Positions 46,518 to 55,764 of a stretch of DNA of 55,771 nt are shown piece after piece (the stretch's first letter is position 1; every line of letters starts with the position of its first letter). Under the pieces are notes generated by a model. That model was not told the origin of the DNA. It searched no databases and saw only the letters and a list, made by a program, of their open reading frames with translations. A program made the position numbers and the translations under genes. The DNA is from a virus (lineage: Duplodnaviria > Caudoviricetes), in the IMG/VR virus record IMGVR_UViG_3300045971_000477, positions 1 through 55,771 of that record; one strand, given 5' to 3'.

Positions 46518-46964
46518 TTACTTGCTGGTCGCAATGACCTGGAAGTTGGTCAGTCGGGCACTTTCAAGTGCGTCCGTGTAAACCGCCAACTTCACAAACT
46601 TCACAGCATTCATCGTGATGTTTGTGGTGATGGTCCGCGCGGACGTCAGGTTGGCTGTAAGCTGGACAGAGTTGTTCGTAGTCCAGTTAAGCCCATCCAA
46701 TGACCGGCTGATCGACAGAATCAAGTTGGATTGATTGTTGCCGTAGGTCTGGGCACCCACGTTGATCTGCAGGCCCAACTCCTTACCCGACAGGGTATAG
46801 ATGTTGGTCATTGCAGCATTCGTGGAACCAGACGAACTGGTGTTCAGGCTTTTCGCGGTCAGTGAATCAGAGCTGATCACCGTCGCCGGGGACCAGTAGT
46901 TAGCGTCCTGTGCAGCAGCAGTCACTGCGCCCACAGCCAGTAGAGATAGAAGGAATTTCTTCAT
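46518..46964 (-). CDS. Signal-peptide-bearing protein in the capsid-decoration slot
   Basis: MKKFLLSLLAVGAVTAAA-Q signal; S.SLDG.NW beta-sandwich-like motif. Confidence 0.75.
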   Translation of the reverse strand: MKKFLLSLLAVGAVTAAAQDANYWSPATVISSDSLTAKSLNTSSSGSTNAAMTNIYTLSGKELGLQINVGAQTYGNNQSNLILSISRSLDGLNWTTNNSVQLTANLTSARTITTNITMNAVKFVKLAVYTDALESARLTNFQVIATSK

Positions 46965-47040
46965 AGTCAAAAAGATAATCGGTCAGTTTTCAGGTTTGTG
47001 CAAGGGGATGAGCACCATTGCCCATCCCCTCACGGTTCAA

Positions 47041-48639
47041 TTACGGGGTGAGCACGATGCCCTGGCGGGGGTCGCCCTGGGCAAAGCCATACATCAGGCT
47101 GAGCCTGTTGGTCACCGTTGCAAGCTGGTGGTTGACATACTTGCAGTTCAGCATCGACAACCCGGAATCCGGGTCCGTCACGATCTCAATCGCGGCAGTG
47201 GCCGGGATGTTCGGGAAGGCCTGCGTGTAATCCTGCGGGATGCGGGACACCATCAGGGCTGAGGACTGGTTGCCCACGAATCCTACCTGGTTGATGCCAG
47301 CAAAGCTGACAGCACCCGTGGTGGCGTCAATGGCAGGCGCAGTCGCCGTGCCGCTGGCGTATGAGGACAACTGGCTTTCCAGCGGCTTCAGACCGTAGAG
47401 GATGGGCAGTTCCGCACTCTCCAGGGCGGACAGATCCTTGTTCACCAGTGCCGTGATGGCCTTGGCGGTGACAAGGTTGGTGTCGGTCAGGATGCCGTCG
47501 TGGTAGTAGGAGTGCAGGAGTGCAAACCGGCCAATGGCAGGCATCTTGGCGAGGGTCGCCCGATTCTTCAACGCGGCGAAGCTGGACAGGTTGAAACTGC
47601 CACCCAACGCGTAGGACTTGACGAGACCGGACCATGTCGCACCAAAGATGGTGGCGAGGAAGTCCTTGGTGATCTGCTCGCCCAAGCTGTAGGTCTGCGC
47701 GGACACCTGTTCAGCGAGCAGGTTACGAACAGTGCTGCCCAGCAACTGGGTGTTGAAGGAGATCTGCACGCCGTAGTGCTTGTTCATCGTCACGGAGACG
47801 TCCGTGGTCGAGGGTGTCGCATCCACCCAGCCGCCGGTGGTCGTGGCACTGGTCCCGCTGCCGGAGGCAGTGGGCGCGTTATACGAACTCACCGCCGGGG
47901 GCGTGATGTAGCGGGTGAACACAGGCTGGTTATACAGCGCGGGTTCGTTCCGCAGATCGGTGCTGATGTATGGCATGAAGTTCAGGATGTTCTTCAGATA
48001 GCCCAGGTTCCGCATGAGCACCAGAGATCCTGCAATGGTCCCGACGTTGGAATCAGTAACGTCAGCAGCGCGAACGATGTCGCGAAGCATGAAGTCGTTA
48101 CCGCCCCGCAACTTGGGCTGGATCTCGCTGGCGATGATCACGGCACTCTCGCGGGAGAGGGCGGCAGCCTCGGCAATCCGACCCGTGCGAATCAGGTTGT
48201 CCATGGGCTTCCGCAGGTCGCAAGCCTTGATGGCTGCATCCCGGGGATCAGCGTTCATGCTGGTGACACGCCCACTCACGCCGTTCTGTTCCTGCTGGAA
48301 CTGGGTGACGCGGGAGGCGAGGATGGTCTCGTCCTTTCCAGGAAGGTTGTCGATCATCTCCACCAGGATGTCCGCACTGGCGGCACCCGATGTCAGACGC
48401 TCAACCGCCTTGGCCTGCACGGTCTCGTCCTTGGGCAGCACTGCCCCGCGAGACTTGGCCCGGGTGACGGCGTCATTAACGCGACCCACGTTGGCCTGCA
48501 CAGCAGCCTGCTGCGCCTTGTGTTCGGTTTCGGTGACGGCAAAGCCGCCATCGGCAAGCACGGCGAACTCCTGTGCATTGCACTCAACGATGTCGCCCGC
48601 TTTGAAATTGTCGCGGGCCTTGATTAGAACTGCTTTCAT
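47041..48639 (-). CDS. Major capsid protein (with N-terminal scaffold-like extension)
   Basis: 532 aa after the protease; DVSVTMNKH, MP..GRFALL, DPDSGLS...L.LMYG resemble P22-coat/HK97-fold proteins. Confidence 0.8.
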   Translation of the reverse strand: MKAVLIKARDNFKAGDIVECNAQEFAVLADGGFAVTETEHKAQQAAVQANVGRVNDAVTRAKSRGAVLPKDETVQAKAVERLTSGAASADILVEMIDNLPGKDETILASRVTQFQQEQNGVSGRVTSMNADPRDAAIKACDLRKPMDNLIRTGRIAEAAALSRESAVIIASEIQPKLRGGNDFMLRDIVRAADVTDSNVGTIAGSLVLMRNLGYLKNILNFMPYISTDLRNEPALYNQPVFTRYITPPAVSSYNAPTASGSGTSATTTGGWVDATPSTTDVSVTMNKHYGVQISFNTQLLGSTVRNLLAEQVSAQTYSLGEQITKDFLATIFGATWSGLVKSYALGGSFNLSSFAALKNRATLAKMPAIGRFALLHSYYHDGILTDTNLVTAKAITALVNKDLSALESAELPILYGLKPLESQLSSYASGTATAPAIDATTGAVSFAGINQVGFVGNQSSALMVSRIPQDYTQAFPNIPATAAIEIVTDPDSGLSMLNCKYVNHQLATVTNRLSLMYGFAQGDPRQGIVLTP

Positions 48640-48674
48640 TTAGTTGGTCCTTGTTGTTTCCGCGTTTGTTTAGT

Positions 48675-49814
48675 TCAGGTTGCGGGCGTGCCTGTTTGCC
48701 GCTTCAGCGGCGAAATTCGTGCCCAGACACTGTCCAGTGTCATTATGGGCGTTAAGTGTGCCAGGACGGAATCCACATTGCCTTCCTGCGGCTCTTTCAG
48801 CATGTATTTGGCCTTGCTCAATGCTGCCTCAATATCAGCCAGCGCGTTCAGGAGATCATCATCCTCGCCAACAGTCAATGCTTTCCGCAGCTCCGATACC
48901 GCACTGCATCCTCCTTCAAGCATCTCTGGCACCGGCGGTGCAGGCGCATCTCCACATGCGGCAATCTTCCGTTTGCCCATATACAACTCCACAAACGTGT
49001 CCACCGTCGAATCAAGTGCTTCATACAAATCACCCAATGCGCGATGCTCATTGGACGTTGTTGACGCATTCCAGTGGGCCACACGCACGTTGCTCAGCAG
49101 AGCAAGAAGCGAACCAGCGCGGAGACAGGTGGGGGCAAGGTCACCTGTCTCCGCCTGGGGAGGCGCGGGTTCTGGTGGGGTTGTGGCTAAGTCGTCGGGC
49201 GTCTCGCCAGTGACTTTCGGTTCACTGGTGGACTTCTCTTGATCCGTGGTGTCCTTCGCCATCACCGGATTGATCGCCTTAAAAGCTGGTTTGTTGGTCA
49301 GGGTGCCCACACAGAACGCCACCCCGGTGATCCGGGCAGGGTTCTGGGCACTGCCACGCACGCCGTCCGGGAACTGATATTCCCCATCCTTGGCGGTTGC
49401 ATGGGCGTAGTCCGCATCCGTCGTGAATGATGGGGACCAACTGCGGTGGATCCTGCCATTGACGTTTCTTTCCCCCAACGCCGATGGCTCCGCAGCCAGA
49501 TAAACCCCATCTTCCTTGGCGACAAATCTCTTGGCCCAGATGCTCGCATCCTCTTCCTTGTGTTCGATGCAACCAAAGGGCTTCTGCTTTGGGGCATCAC
49601 TTATAAGCCCATCAAAGCACGCCTGCAACACACCTGCAGTCTGGGCAGGTTCAATCGCCACGGTCATGGTGATCGCCTTCCCGCGAAACCCCGCAGTGAT
49701 GGTATGCACTCCTGCCGGCATATACATGAACTCAACTTCCTCACCCTGCTTCCAGGGCTTGGGCACCTCGATCTCGTTCCCGACAGATAGACGGCAGTAA
49801 ATGATGTCGCTCAT
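48675..49814 (-). CDS. Mu-like prohead protease fused to a Dps/ferritin-like domain
   Basis: MPAG, IEH, WSPSF, GTLTNKPAF protease motifs; then AHWN....EHRALGDLYEAL...VDTFVE.YMG...DLLN....I....SKAKYML. Confidence 0.8.
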   Translation of the reverse strand: MSDIIYCRLSVGNEIEVPKPWKQGEEVEFMYMPAGVHTITAGFRGKAITMTVAIEPAQTAGVLQACFDGLISDAPKQKPFGCIEHKEEDASIWAKRFVAKEDGVYLAAEPSALGERNVNGRIHRSWSPSFTTDADYAHATAKDGEYQFPDGVRGSAQNPARITGVAFCVGTLTNKPAFKAINPVMAKDTTDQEKSTSEPKVTGETPDDLATTPPEPAPPQAETGDLAPTCLRAGSLLALLSNVRVAHWNASTTSNEHRALGDLYEALDSTVDTFVELYMGKRKIAACGDAPAPPVPEMLEGGCSAVSELRKALTVGEDDDLLNALADIEAALSKAKYMLKEPQEGNVDSVLAHLTPIMTLDSVWARISPLKRQTGTPAT

Positions 49815-51520
49815 TTCAAAATCTCCTGTATCCGGCTCCATTCCCCGTTCAGCTTGGGTGATTTCTCCGCCTCATCCACCAGTCGAGTCAACTCATCCAC
49901 CCTGTCCCGGGACAGTCCCTCGACCCGTGCCTTGACAGGTAACGTGCCGCCCGTGGGCACCGGATGCTGAAACTTCTGCGTCAGGTTGTCCCCGACGCCG
50001 TGATCCTTGCCTTTACCCAACCCTGACGCCGCTTGTTGCGCCTTCTCCGGGCTGGGATCGAGGATCTGGGTCGTGTCGCCCAGGATGCCCAACTGCCCCC
50101 GCACCAGCACCTTGTCGCCCTCTTCAGGCATCGCAACGCCCATCCTGTGATAGGTCTGCTCCGCAGGAACCGGCAGCGGGCAACTGCCAAGAATCGCCAG
50201 AAACTGGGCCTGCTCCATCGCCGTCATGGGCTTGCTGAAATCAACATCTATCTTGGGGCACTCACCAGTCTCCCCGTAGTTGACCATCAAAATGCTCTCC
50301 GCCAACTGCGACAGCGGCTCCGCTGCAATCCACTTGGCCAATCCTTCAATGCGGTCTGACCGAACTGTCATGTGGGCCTGACCCAAAGCGTAACTGCCCG
50401 ACCCGCCTTCCGTCCCGGTGCTCAGCGTCTGGCCCAGCATCAACAGTTGGCATTGCCTGTCGGCATTCTCCGCGAGTGCCCTCTGCGGATTGTCCGACCC
50501 AAGGGATGCAGGGGGACTCACGTTCAGGGTGGTCCCTTCAATGTGCCGGATAAAGCGATTGCCCAACCCCGCCTTGATGTTGGCATCAAGTGCCGCCAAC
50601 TCCTGCGGGGTGGTTCCGGGTCGGTAGGTCACATCCAGAAATGGACTTCCATAGTTCTGCGCCATCTTGGCCATCCATTCCCGGTTAAATACCACCGACG
50701 ACCAATACCAGGCAAGCGGACGCATGAATCCGGCCCCAAGCGTGCTGCCAGATGGTGAAAGGAACTGTCCGCATACGAACTTGCGAGCATCGGGTGTCTG
50801 ACCGACCTTCGCGAGGTTGAAATAGAGCCTGTTGTAGTTGTCATCGAAGACTGCCAAGGTGCCGTCGTTCGCAAACGTGAAGTGCCTCGGATGCACAAAT
50901 GCCGCACTACGCAGCAATCGCTCCCCGCCTTTCGGCTCTTCCCACATCAACTCTTCCATCATCAGGCCCATCGTGAAGGCTCCCGCCATGTGATAGACCA
51001 TCCCCTTGAATCCACGCTCGTCTGTGAACCGGTCAGGTTTCATGTTCTTGAAACACCGATTCACCAAATCTGCCTTCTCTTTCGCCTGCTTCGTGGGTTC
51101 CCTGCCCTCTTCAGCATAGGCCCGTGCCACATACTGCACGGATGACGCCGCATCCCGCAACTCATGGTCGCATTTGCGAAACATCGGCCACGAATCCTGC
51201 ATCAACAGATACAACTGATGCTGCTGCCACACGTCGCCACCCTGGGCGGCGCGAAGGATCATTGTAACCTGAGATGGACTCAGTTTACTGGGTAGTGCTA
51301 AATAAAACAGCTCTCGTGGATCATTCGTTATAGACCGATCCTCCAGGGGAGTGTCGTATTCTACGAGGGGCCTGTTCGGTGGATTGGTGCCAAACGGAGG
51401 AAGGATGTCTACTAAGCTTCTAGGCTTGTGCTTCTGCTCCACCTCTGTGTCTGAGGGGTGCCGCGGAATCCGGCCAGCCGTTGCCTTCACCACATTGATG
51501 TCGTAGCCGAATATCTTCAT
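49811..51520 (-). CDS. Portal protein (Mu gp29/DUF935-like)
   Basis: G.GFMRPLAW, W...AQNYGSP, LGQTLS..G.GSYALGQAH..VR. Confidence 0.9.
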   Translation of the reverse strand: MKIFGYDINVVKATAGRIPRHPSDTEVEQKHKPRSLVDILPPFGTNPPNRPLVEYDTPLEDRSITNDPRELFYLALPSKLSPSQVTMILRAAQGGDVWQQHQLYLLMQDSWPMFRKCDHELRDAASSVQYVARAYAEEGREPTKQAKEKADLVNRCFKNMKPDRFTDERGFKGMVYHMAGAFTMGLMMEELMWEEPKGGERLLRSAAFVHPRHFTFANDGTLAVFDDNYNRLYFNLAKVGQTPDARKFVCGQFLSPSGSTLGAGFMRPLAWYWSSVVFNREWMAKMAQNYGSPFLDVTYRPGTTPQELAALDANIKAGLGNRFIRHIEGTTLNVSPPASLGSDNPQRALAENADRQCQLLMLGQTLSTGTEGGSGSYALGQAHMTVRSDRIEGLAKWIAAEPLSQLAESILMVNYGETGECPKIDVDFSKPMTAMEQAQFLAILGSCPLPVPAEQTYHRMGVAMPEEGDKVLVRGQLGILGDTTQILDPSPEKAQQAASGLGKGKDHGVGDNLTQKFQHPVPTGGTLPVKARVEGLSRDRVDELTRLVDEAEKSPKLNGEWSRIQEILK

Positions 51521-51617
51521 GTGGTTACCTCCCCAAAAGAGGTTGCACCGTCACCGAATGACATGACATCAGACATCATCCATGCGGAACATACACCCGT
51601 TGCAACTGCAATGCAAA

Positions 51618-51809
51618 TTATTTGTTTTGGCGTCGCTGCTGGCTCTGCGGTTGTGTCGAAGGTGCGGGTAATGGTGCCCAATGCCCACACACCCGCGTGA
51701 CCTTCCGCACAGTGGGCCTCAACTGTAGCCCATTGGGAAATGGGATCGGAGGATTCAAATAACACAGGTCATCACTGTAATGCCTGCAACGCTCACATGT
51801 GTTCGTCAT
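51618..51809 (-). CDS. Small Cys-motif protein
   Basis: MTNTCERCRHY...C..NPP...P.V.....CG.W. Confidence 0.65.
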   Translation of the reverse strand: MTNTCERCRHYSDDLCYLNPPIPFPNGLQLRPTVRKVTRVCGHWAPLPAPSTQPQSQQRRQNK

Positions 51810-51816
51810 AAAATGA

Positions 51817-53808
51817 TTACTTTCCAAAAAACGCCTCGCCACCCGTGCTGTCGCCAAACTCCGCGTCGGAATGCACGAATTCCGATTCCCCCTGCGGGAC
51901 AGCCACCGGCGGCATTTCCGCATGGACCTGCCCAAATGCCCCGGTTACCTCGCAGAGCTTGTTTAGGGCACCAGAGGCAGCGTCGCACTGATCTTTCAAC
52001 CGCCCCACCGGGAACACCTCGATCTCATCCAGAAACTCCTCGTTCCACCTGCCCTTGAGCAGTTTCACGTTGCCCACACTCGCCTGCGCCGCCATCGGCT
52101 CAGCCCGCACTTCCTTGGCTCCCGTCACACGCTCTATCCGGCAATCGAACCCAGCAAGGTTCCGCACCGTCGCCTCCGCCGATTCCTTGCCACCACTCCC
52201 CGGCTCCTGCTCAACATACGTGGTCACTCGCCCATCATACCTCTGCGCATCCACTATCGCCATCCGCTTGATCAATGCCTCCCGCTCCACCGCCCCCAAC
52301 CGCTCCTTCACCACGTCAAGGATAACGAACATGCCCTTCTCTGTCCTGCCCATCAGCACCCCAGCAGTCCTTGCGCCCTTGCCGCCAAGTGTGCCCGCTT
52401 TATCGAAGAATCGCACCAGCCGCACAAACTGCGGCTCATACCCCAACACATCAAACCATTCCCTCTTGAACATGCCGCCACCCCTGGGTGCAGGCCGTTG
52501 CTGCAATTGCCCCGCCACATGGTGAATGCCCATGGTCTTCTCCAGACGCGTCACCATCTCCTCCGTGAATAGGTCCGGCCACAACAACTCCCCATCCTTT
52601 CCCCGGGGATCTTGAAAGCCCAGGCTGGTGGTCTTCATCCGGTCCGCCTCATACCGCATGGGCAGACAAATATGGTCCCACGTCCCTTTGCCCATCAAAT
52701 GACCCGTCAAATCCATCGTGTGCAACCGCTGCTGCACCACGATCTGACTCACCCCGCGACTCACACCACGGGTGCTGATCGTTCCGTCCCACCAGTCTAT
52801 CACGTTCTGCCTGTCCGCCTCGCTCTCCGCCTCCTTGGCGTTGTTCGGGTCGTCCGCGCAGTTGTGGGTCAGGATCCCGTTGGCAAAATAGTTGTGGTTG
52901 CCATCCACATTCAGGTTGTAGACATGCTCCGGGGCAGGGATCCCCTCAATGGATTCAATCAGATCATAACCGTGGTCGCCCACCACACCCGCACTCTTGG
53001 TTATCAGCACCATGCCCACCACACAATCCACCGCCGGGATGTAGGTTCCCTTGTTCGGAGCAAGGCTGACATATATCGGATGCTCCTCCGTGCATTCCAG
53101 CTTACGCCCTCCCCGCGTGGTTATCCGCACGCAGGCCCGCCCCACATGCTTCTCGTAGGCAAGTATCTGCCTCCACTCAACGGTTCCCATGGCCTCGTTC
53201 CACGTCGCCACACGCTCAGGCAGCCGGTTCTCCACCAATGGCCCAATGGGGACGTTTCCCTTCTCTGTCAGGATCAGTGTGTCCTTATATACACACACTA
53301 CGTCCGGATGCAACCCTGTTCCCTTGCCACCCACGCTCGTTGATAACCGCCAGCCACCTTGCGAGTTTTCAAACAACCCTTTCGTGTTCTGGTCGTCCTT
53401 GAATTTGATCGGCCAGTTGCTCTGATACCAGTCGCTAGATAATATATTCCTACACCTTACACTGTCTCTCATGGTTAGCCCATCACTATACGAGGCAAAC
53501 AGAAATCGCTTCGCAGGACTCTTCGCCCATACCCACGCAGGCCAAAACACGCACACCAACAAACTCTTCATCGCCCCGGGGGGCACGTTGATCAACAATT
53601 GCTTGATCTTCCCATCGTTCACCGCACTCAAATGATCGCACAACGCCCCAATATGCCAGTTGTCCCGATACTCCACGTCCGGCTCCACTATAGCCCACGC
53701 CTGCCGCACAAACTCATGGAAACTGTCCTCCGCCAATGACTTGAGTAACGCCTTCCTCCTGGCAATCAATGACGCCTTGCTGATTTCAATGTCTTTGGGG
53801 GATGTCAT
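51817..53808 (-). CDS. terL: Terminase large subunit (intein-containing)
   Basis: INVPPGAMKS, DDP, QQRLH..DL.G, QQRP.P.GG, EQEPGSGGKE, FP.G..KDQCDA. Confidence 0.95.
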   Translation of the reverse strand: MTSPKDIEISKASLIARRKALLKSLAEDSFHEFVRQAWAIVEPDVEYRDNWHIGALCDHLSAVNDGKIKQLLINVPPGAMKSLLVCVFWPAWVWAKSPAKRFLFASYSDGLTMRDSVRCRNILSSDWYQSNWPIKFKDDQNTKGLFENSQGGWRLSTSVGGKGTGLHPDVVCVYKDTLILTEKGNVPIGPLVENRLPERVATWNEAMGTVEWRQILAYEKHVGRACVRITTRGGRKLECTEEHPIYVSLAPNKGTYIPAVDCVVGMVLITKSAGVVGDHGYDLIESIEGIPAPEHVYNLNVDGNHNYFANGILTHNCADDPNNAKEAESEADRQNVIDWWDGTISTRGVSRGVSQIVVQQRLHTMDLTGHLMGKGTWDHICLPMRYEADRMKTTSLGFQDPRGKDGELLWPDLFTEEMVTRLEKTMGIHHVAGQLQQRPAPRGGGMFKREWFDVLGYEPQFVRLVRFFDKAGTLGGKGARTAGVLMGRTEKGMFVILDVVKERLGAVEREALIKRMAIVDAQRYDGRVTTYVEQEPGSGGKESAEATVRNLAGFDCRIERVTGAKEVRAEPMAAQASVGNVKLLKGRWNEEFLDEIEVFPVGRLKDQCDAASGALNKLCEVTGAFGQVHAEMPPVAVPQGESEFVHSDAEFGDSTGGEAFFGK
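52861..53295 (-). mobile_element. Mini-intein (145 aa, Hint domain, no homing endonuclease)
   Basis: Starts CVYKDTLILT, block B TEEHPIY, ends VYNLNVDGNHNYFANGILTHN followed by Cys +1. Confidence 0.93.
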
Positions 53809-54383
53809 CGTGTGTTGTCTGGAGGACTGAGCTTGAGCAGTAACTCCACAGCCGCCAACGCCGCCCTCTTCTCCGCATCTCCCATCCCTTGCGGGATCTC
53901 CACCTTCTCATCCACATTCATATTCAAATTCGCGTTCATACTCACCTCCCTCCAAATCTCACCCCTCTTCGCCCTCAACCACGCCAACGCCGCCCCCACA
54001 TCCGGCGGATAATGCTCCACCGTGTCTATCCTGGTAGGCACCCCATTCAAATTCATGATCTTCTGACCCACCCTGTCATACCCCAATGCCCTCTTCAATA
54101 ACGCATTAACCACCAACCCGTCCGCCACCGACCGCCCATCCTCCAATGATCCCTGCAACTCCCTGCTGCCCAACACGGTGTCCTGAAACGCACTGGGCTT
54201 CATGCCCAACGTCTGCGCTATGTGCGCATCAGATAATCCCAATAACGCCAAATCCCGCACCCTGCGCGGATCAAGCCGCACCTCACACACCACCTCCAGG
54301 GCGTCTCGAGTCGACGTGAGATGGTCGCGGCGCATGGTGCCATTGCCCAAGTCCCGGATCTGATTCGGATATTTTTTCCGCAT
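53805..54383 (-). CDS. terS: Terminase small subunit
   Basis: HTH-like N-part, V.NALLKRALGY, HYPPDV.A..AWL; directly upstream of terL; start uncertain. Confidence 0.8.
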   Translation of the reverse strand: MRKKYPNQIRDLGNGTMRRDHLTSTRDALEVVCEVRLDPRRVRDLALLGLSDAHIAQTLGMKPSAFQDTVLGSRELQGSLEDGRSVADGLVVNALLKRALGYDRVGQKIMNLNGVPTRIDTVEHYPPDVGAALAWLRAKRGEIWREVSMNANLNMNVDEKVEIPQGMGDAEKRAALAAVELLLKLSPPDNTR

Positions 54384-54818
54384 TCTGATGTTTACGATAG
54401 CCCACAGGGTGGCGCGATGCAACAATGAAAAATTTTATGTGGGGTATGGAAAAGGGGGCTGATGGTGCTGTTAAAATGGACCCCGGGGGGTATCACAGCG
54501 GCACATGATGCATGGGCGCCACGCCCATGCATCATGGGCAGATGGGATAGATGTGGGGACGATGGGCGCATAGCCCATATCCGCATATGCACCGGGACCC
54601 TTGTGCGGGGATCAGCAATATGGTGGGTGTGACCATGTCACGGGGTTCAATGATACACGGTCTATAGGTAAGGATCTGGGTTCTGGGTTTATGGGGGAGG
54701 GTGGGGGGAAAGCGGGCGGCGATCCGGGACCCCCTACCGCAATAAAAAGATACCCCGGGACGTGCCGGTCTGCAATGCACGCGAGCAGTCCGGGACATGT
54801 CAGGACGCAATGCAATAA

Positions 54819-54908
54819 GGAGCCGCGGCCACCGGAGCCGCGGCCACCGGAGCCGCGGCCACCGGAGCCGCGGCCACCGGAGCCGCGGCCACCGGAGCCG
54901 CGGCCACC
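54819..54908. repeat. Six perfect 15-bp tandem repeats
   Basis: (GGAGCCGCGGCCACC)x6. Confidence 0.97.
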
Positions 54909-55033
54909 TATACTATATAGGGCGGCCCCTATTAACCACTGCATCAGGCCACTTTATTGTCATAGATGTTTGCTCATAATCACCAATAAAACCGGGCTTT
55001 TCTCATAAATCGTAAAAAAGTGTAAAATATTTG

Positions 55034-55061
55034 TTGCACTTTGGTGGGGACGTGGTAATGT
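55034..55061 (+). promoter_or_regulatory. sigma70-type early promoter (second copy)
   Basis: TTGCAC-N16-TAATGT with extended TG; upstream AAAAAGTGTAAAATATTTGTTGCA resembles 2685-2709. Confidence 0.55.
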
Positions 55062-55109
55062 TGGTTTGTCGATAGAAACGAAACAAACGATAGAAACGAA
55101 ACAAAATAT

Positions 55110-55373
55110 ATGATCACAGCAACGATAACGGACTACAGCGAATACGCGGTTTGTGTGGGTACCGATGAATCCAACTATGGATCCAGCTGCACCCGGGTGC
55201 AGGCGATTAAAATCGCAGACACCCTCGATGAACTGATTACCGGTGAGTTTCCCGGGATCAACGTGCGTAGGACTGACGAGATTGGAACCCCCACCCCCAC
55301 AACTGGTCCGGACTTGAGCGTGATCGAAAAGGTTGATAGCTGGGTTGCGAACAACTGGACCGCCGCGCTTTAG
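55110..55373 (+). CDS. Hypothetical acidic early protein
   Basis: 87 aa; AAAATATATG leader. Confidence 0.7.
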   Translation: MITATITDYSEYAVCVGTDESNYGSSCTRVQAIKIADTLDELITGEFPGINVRRTDEIGTPTPTTGPDLSVIEKVDSWVANNWTAAL

Positions 55374-55403
55374 GGCGAAAAACAATCAACTAAAATTCAA
55401 TAT

Positions 55404-55688
55404 ATGAAAACAAACGAAAACACAACACGCTGGGCAGGTATGTTGCTGCCATGCTGGAAGGCGTCATATACAACACGTAGTTCTCACGCAATCGTGGAAG
55501 CCAGGGTTGCAATATGGCAAATCTGCACAGATGCGACACTAGGGCGCGGGCATGGTGGCAATATTCGCGAAACCCTAACGGACACCTTTCGCATCATGCG
55601 CAGACGCGTGGACCCGCAGGATAGGCATGATTTCTCTATGTTTTGCAAAATCATGAGGACGGATATGTCTGCACTTTGGAAGTCATAA
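55404..55688 (+). CDS. Hypothetical early protein
   Basis: 94 aa; AATATATG leader. Confidence 0.65.
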   Translation: MKTNENTTRWAGMLLPCWKASYTTRSSHAIVEARVAIWQICTDATLGRGHGGNIRETLTDTFRIMRRRVDPQDRHDFSMFCKIMRTDMSALWKS

Positions 55689-55689
55689 C

Positions 55690-55764
55690 ATGAAGTCAAT
55701 CACCCTTATTCTTCAATCCCTCGCGCTGGCCGCATTGGCCATAGCGATTTACATAATAGCATAA
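55690..55764 (+). CDS. 24-aa hydrophobic micro-peptide (not in ORF track)
   Basis: MKSITLILQSLALAALAIAIYIIA; fills the gap between the previous stop and the gene-1 leader. Confidence 0.5.
   Translation: MKSITLILQSLALAALAIAIYIIA

Noticed and set aside
46468-47030. Hairpins after the capsid and decoration-slot genes as terminators
   Set aside because: Stems exist (~46468-46507, 47002-47030) but lack a U-tract on the - strand; could be stabilising hairpins, so not called
44748-51520. Transposable Mu-like phage
   Set aside because: Only the head/neck genes are Mu-like; no transposase or MuB, and the phage encodes its own polymerase and primase
54819-54908. 15-bp repeats as a CRISPR array or as the EPRPP-repeat ORF 54601-55008
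   Set aside because: Head-to-tail with no spacers and no cas genes; ORFs stay open only because the unit has no stop codons
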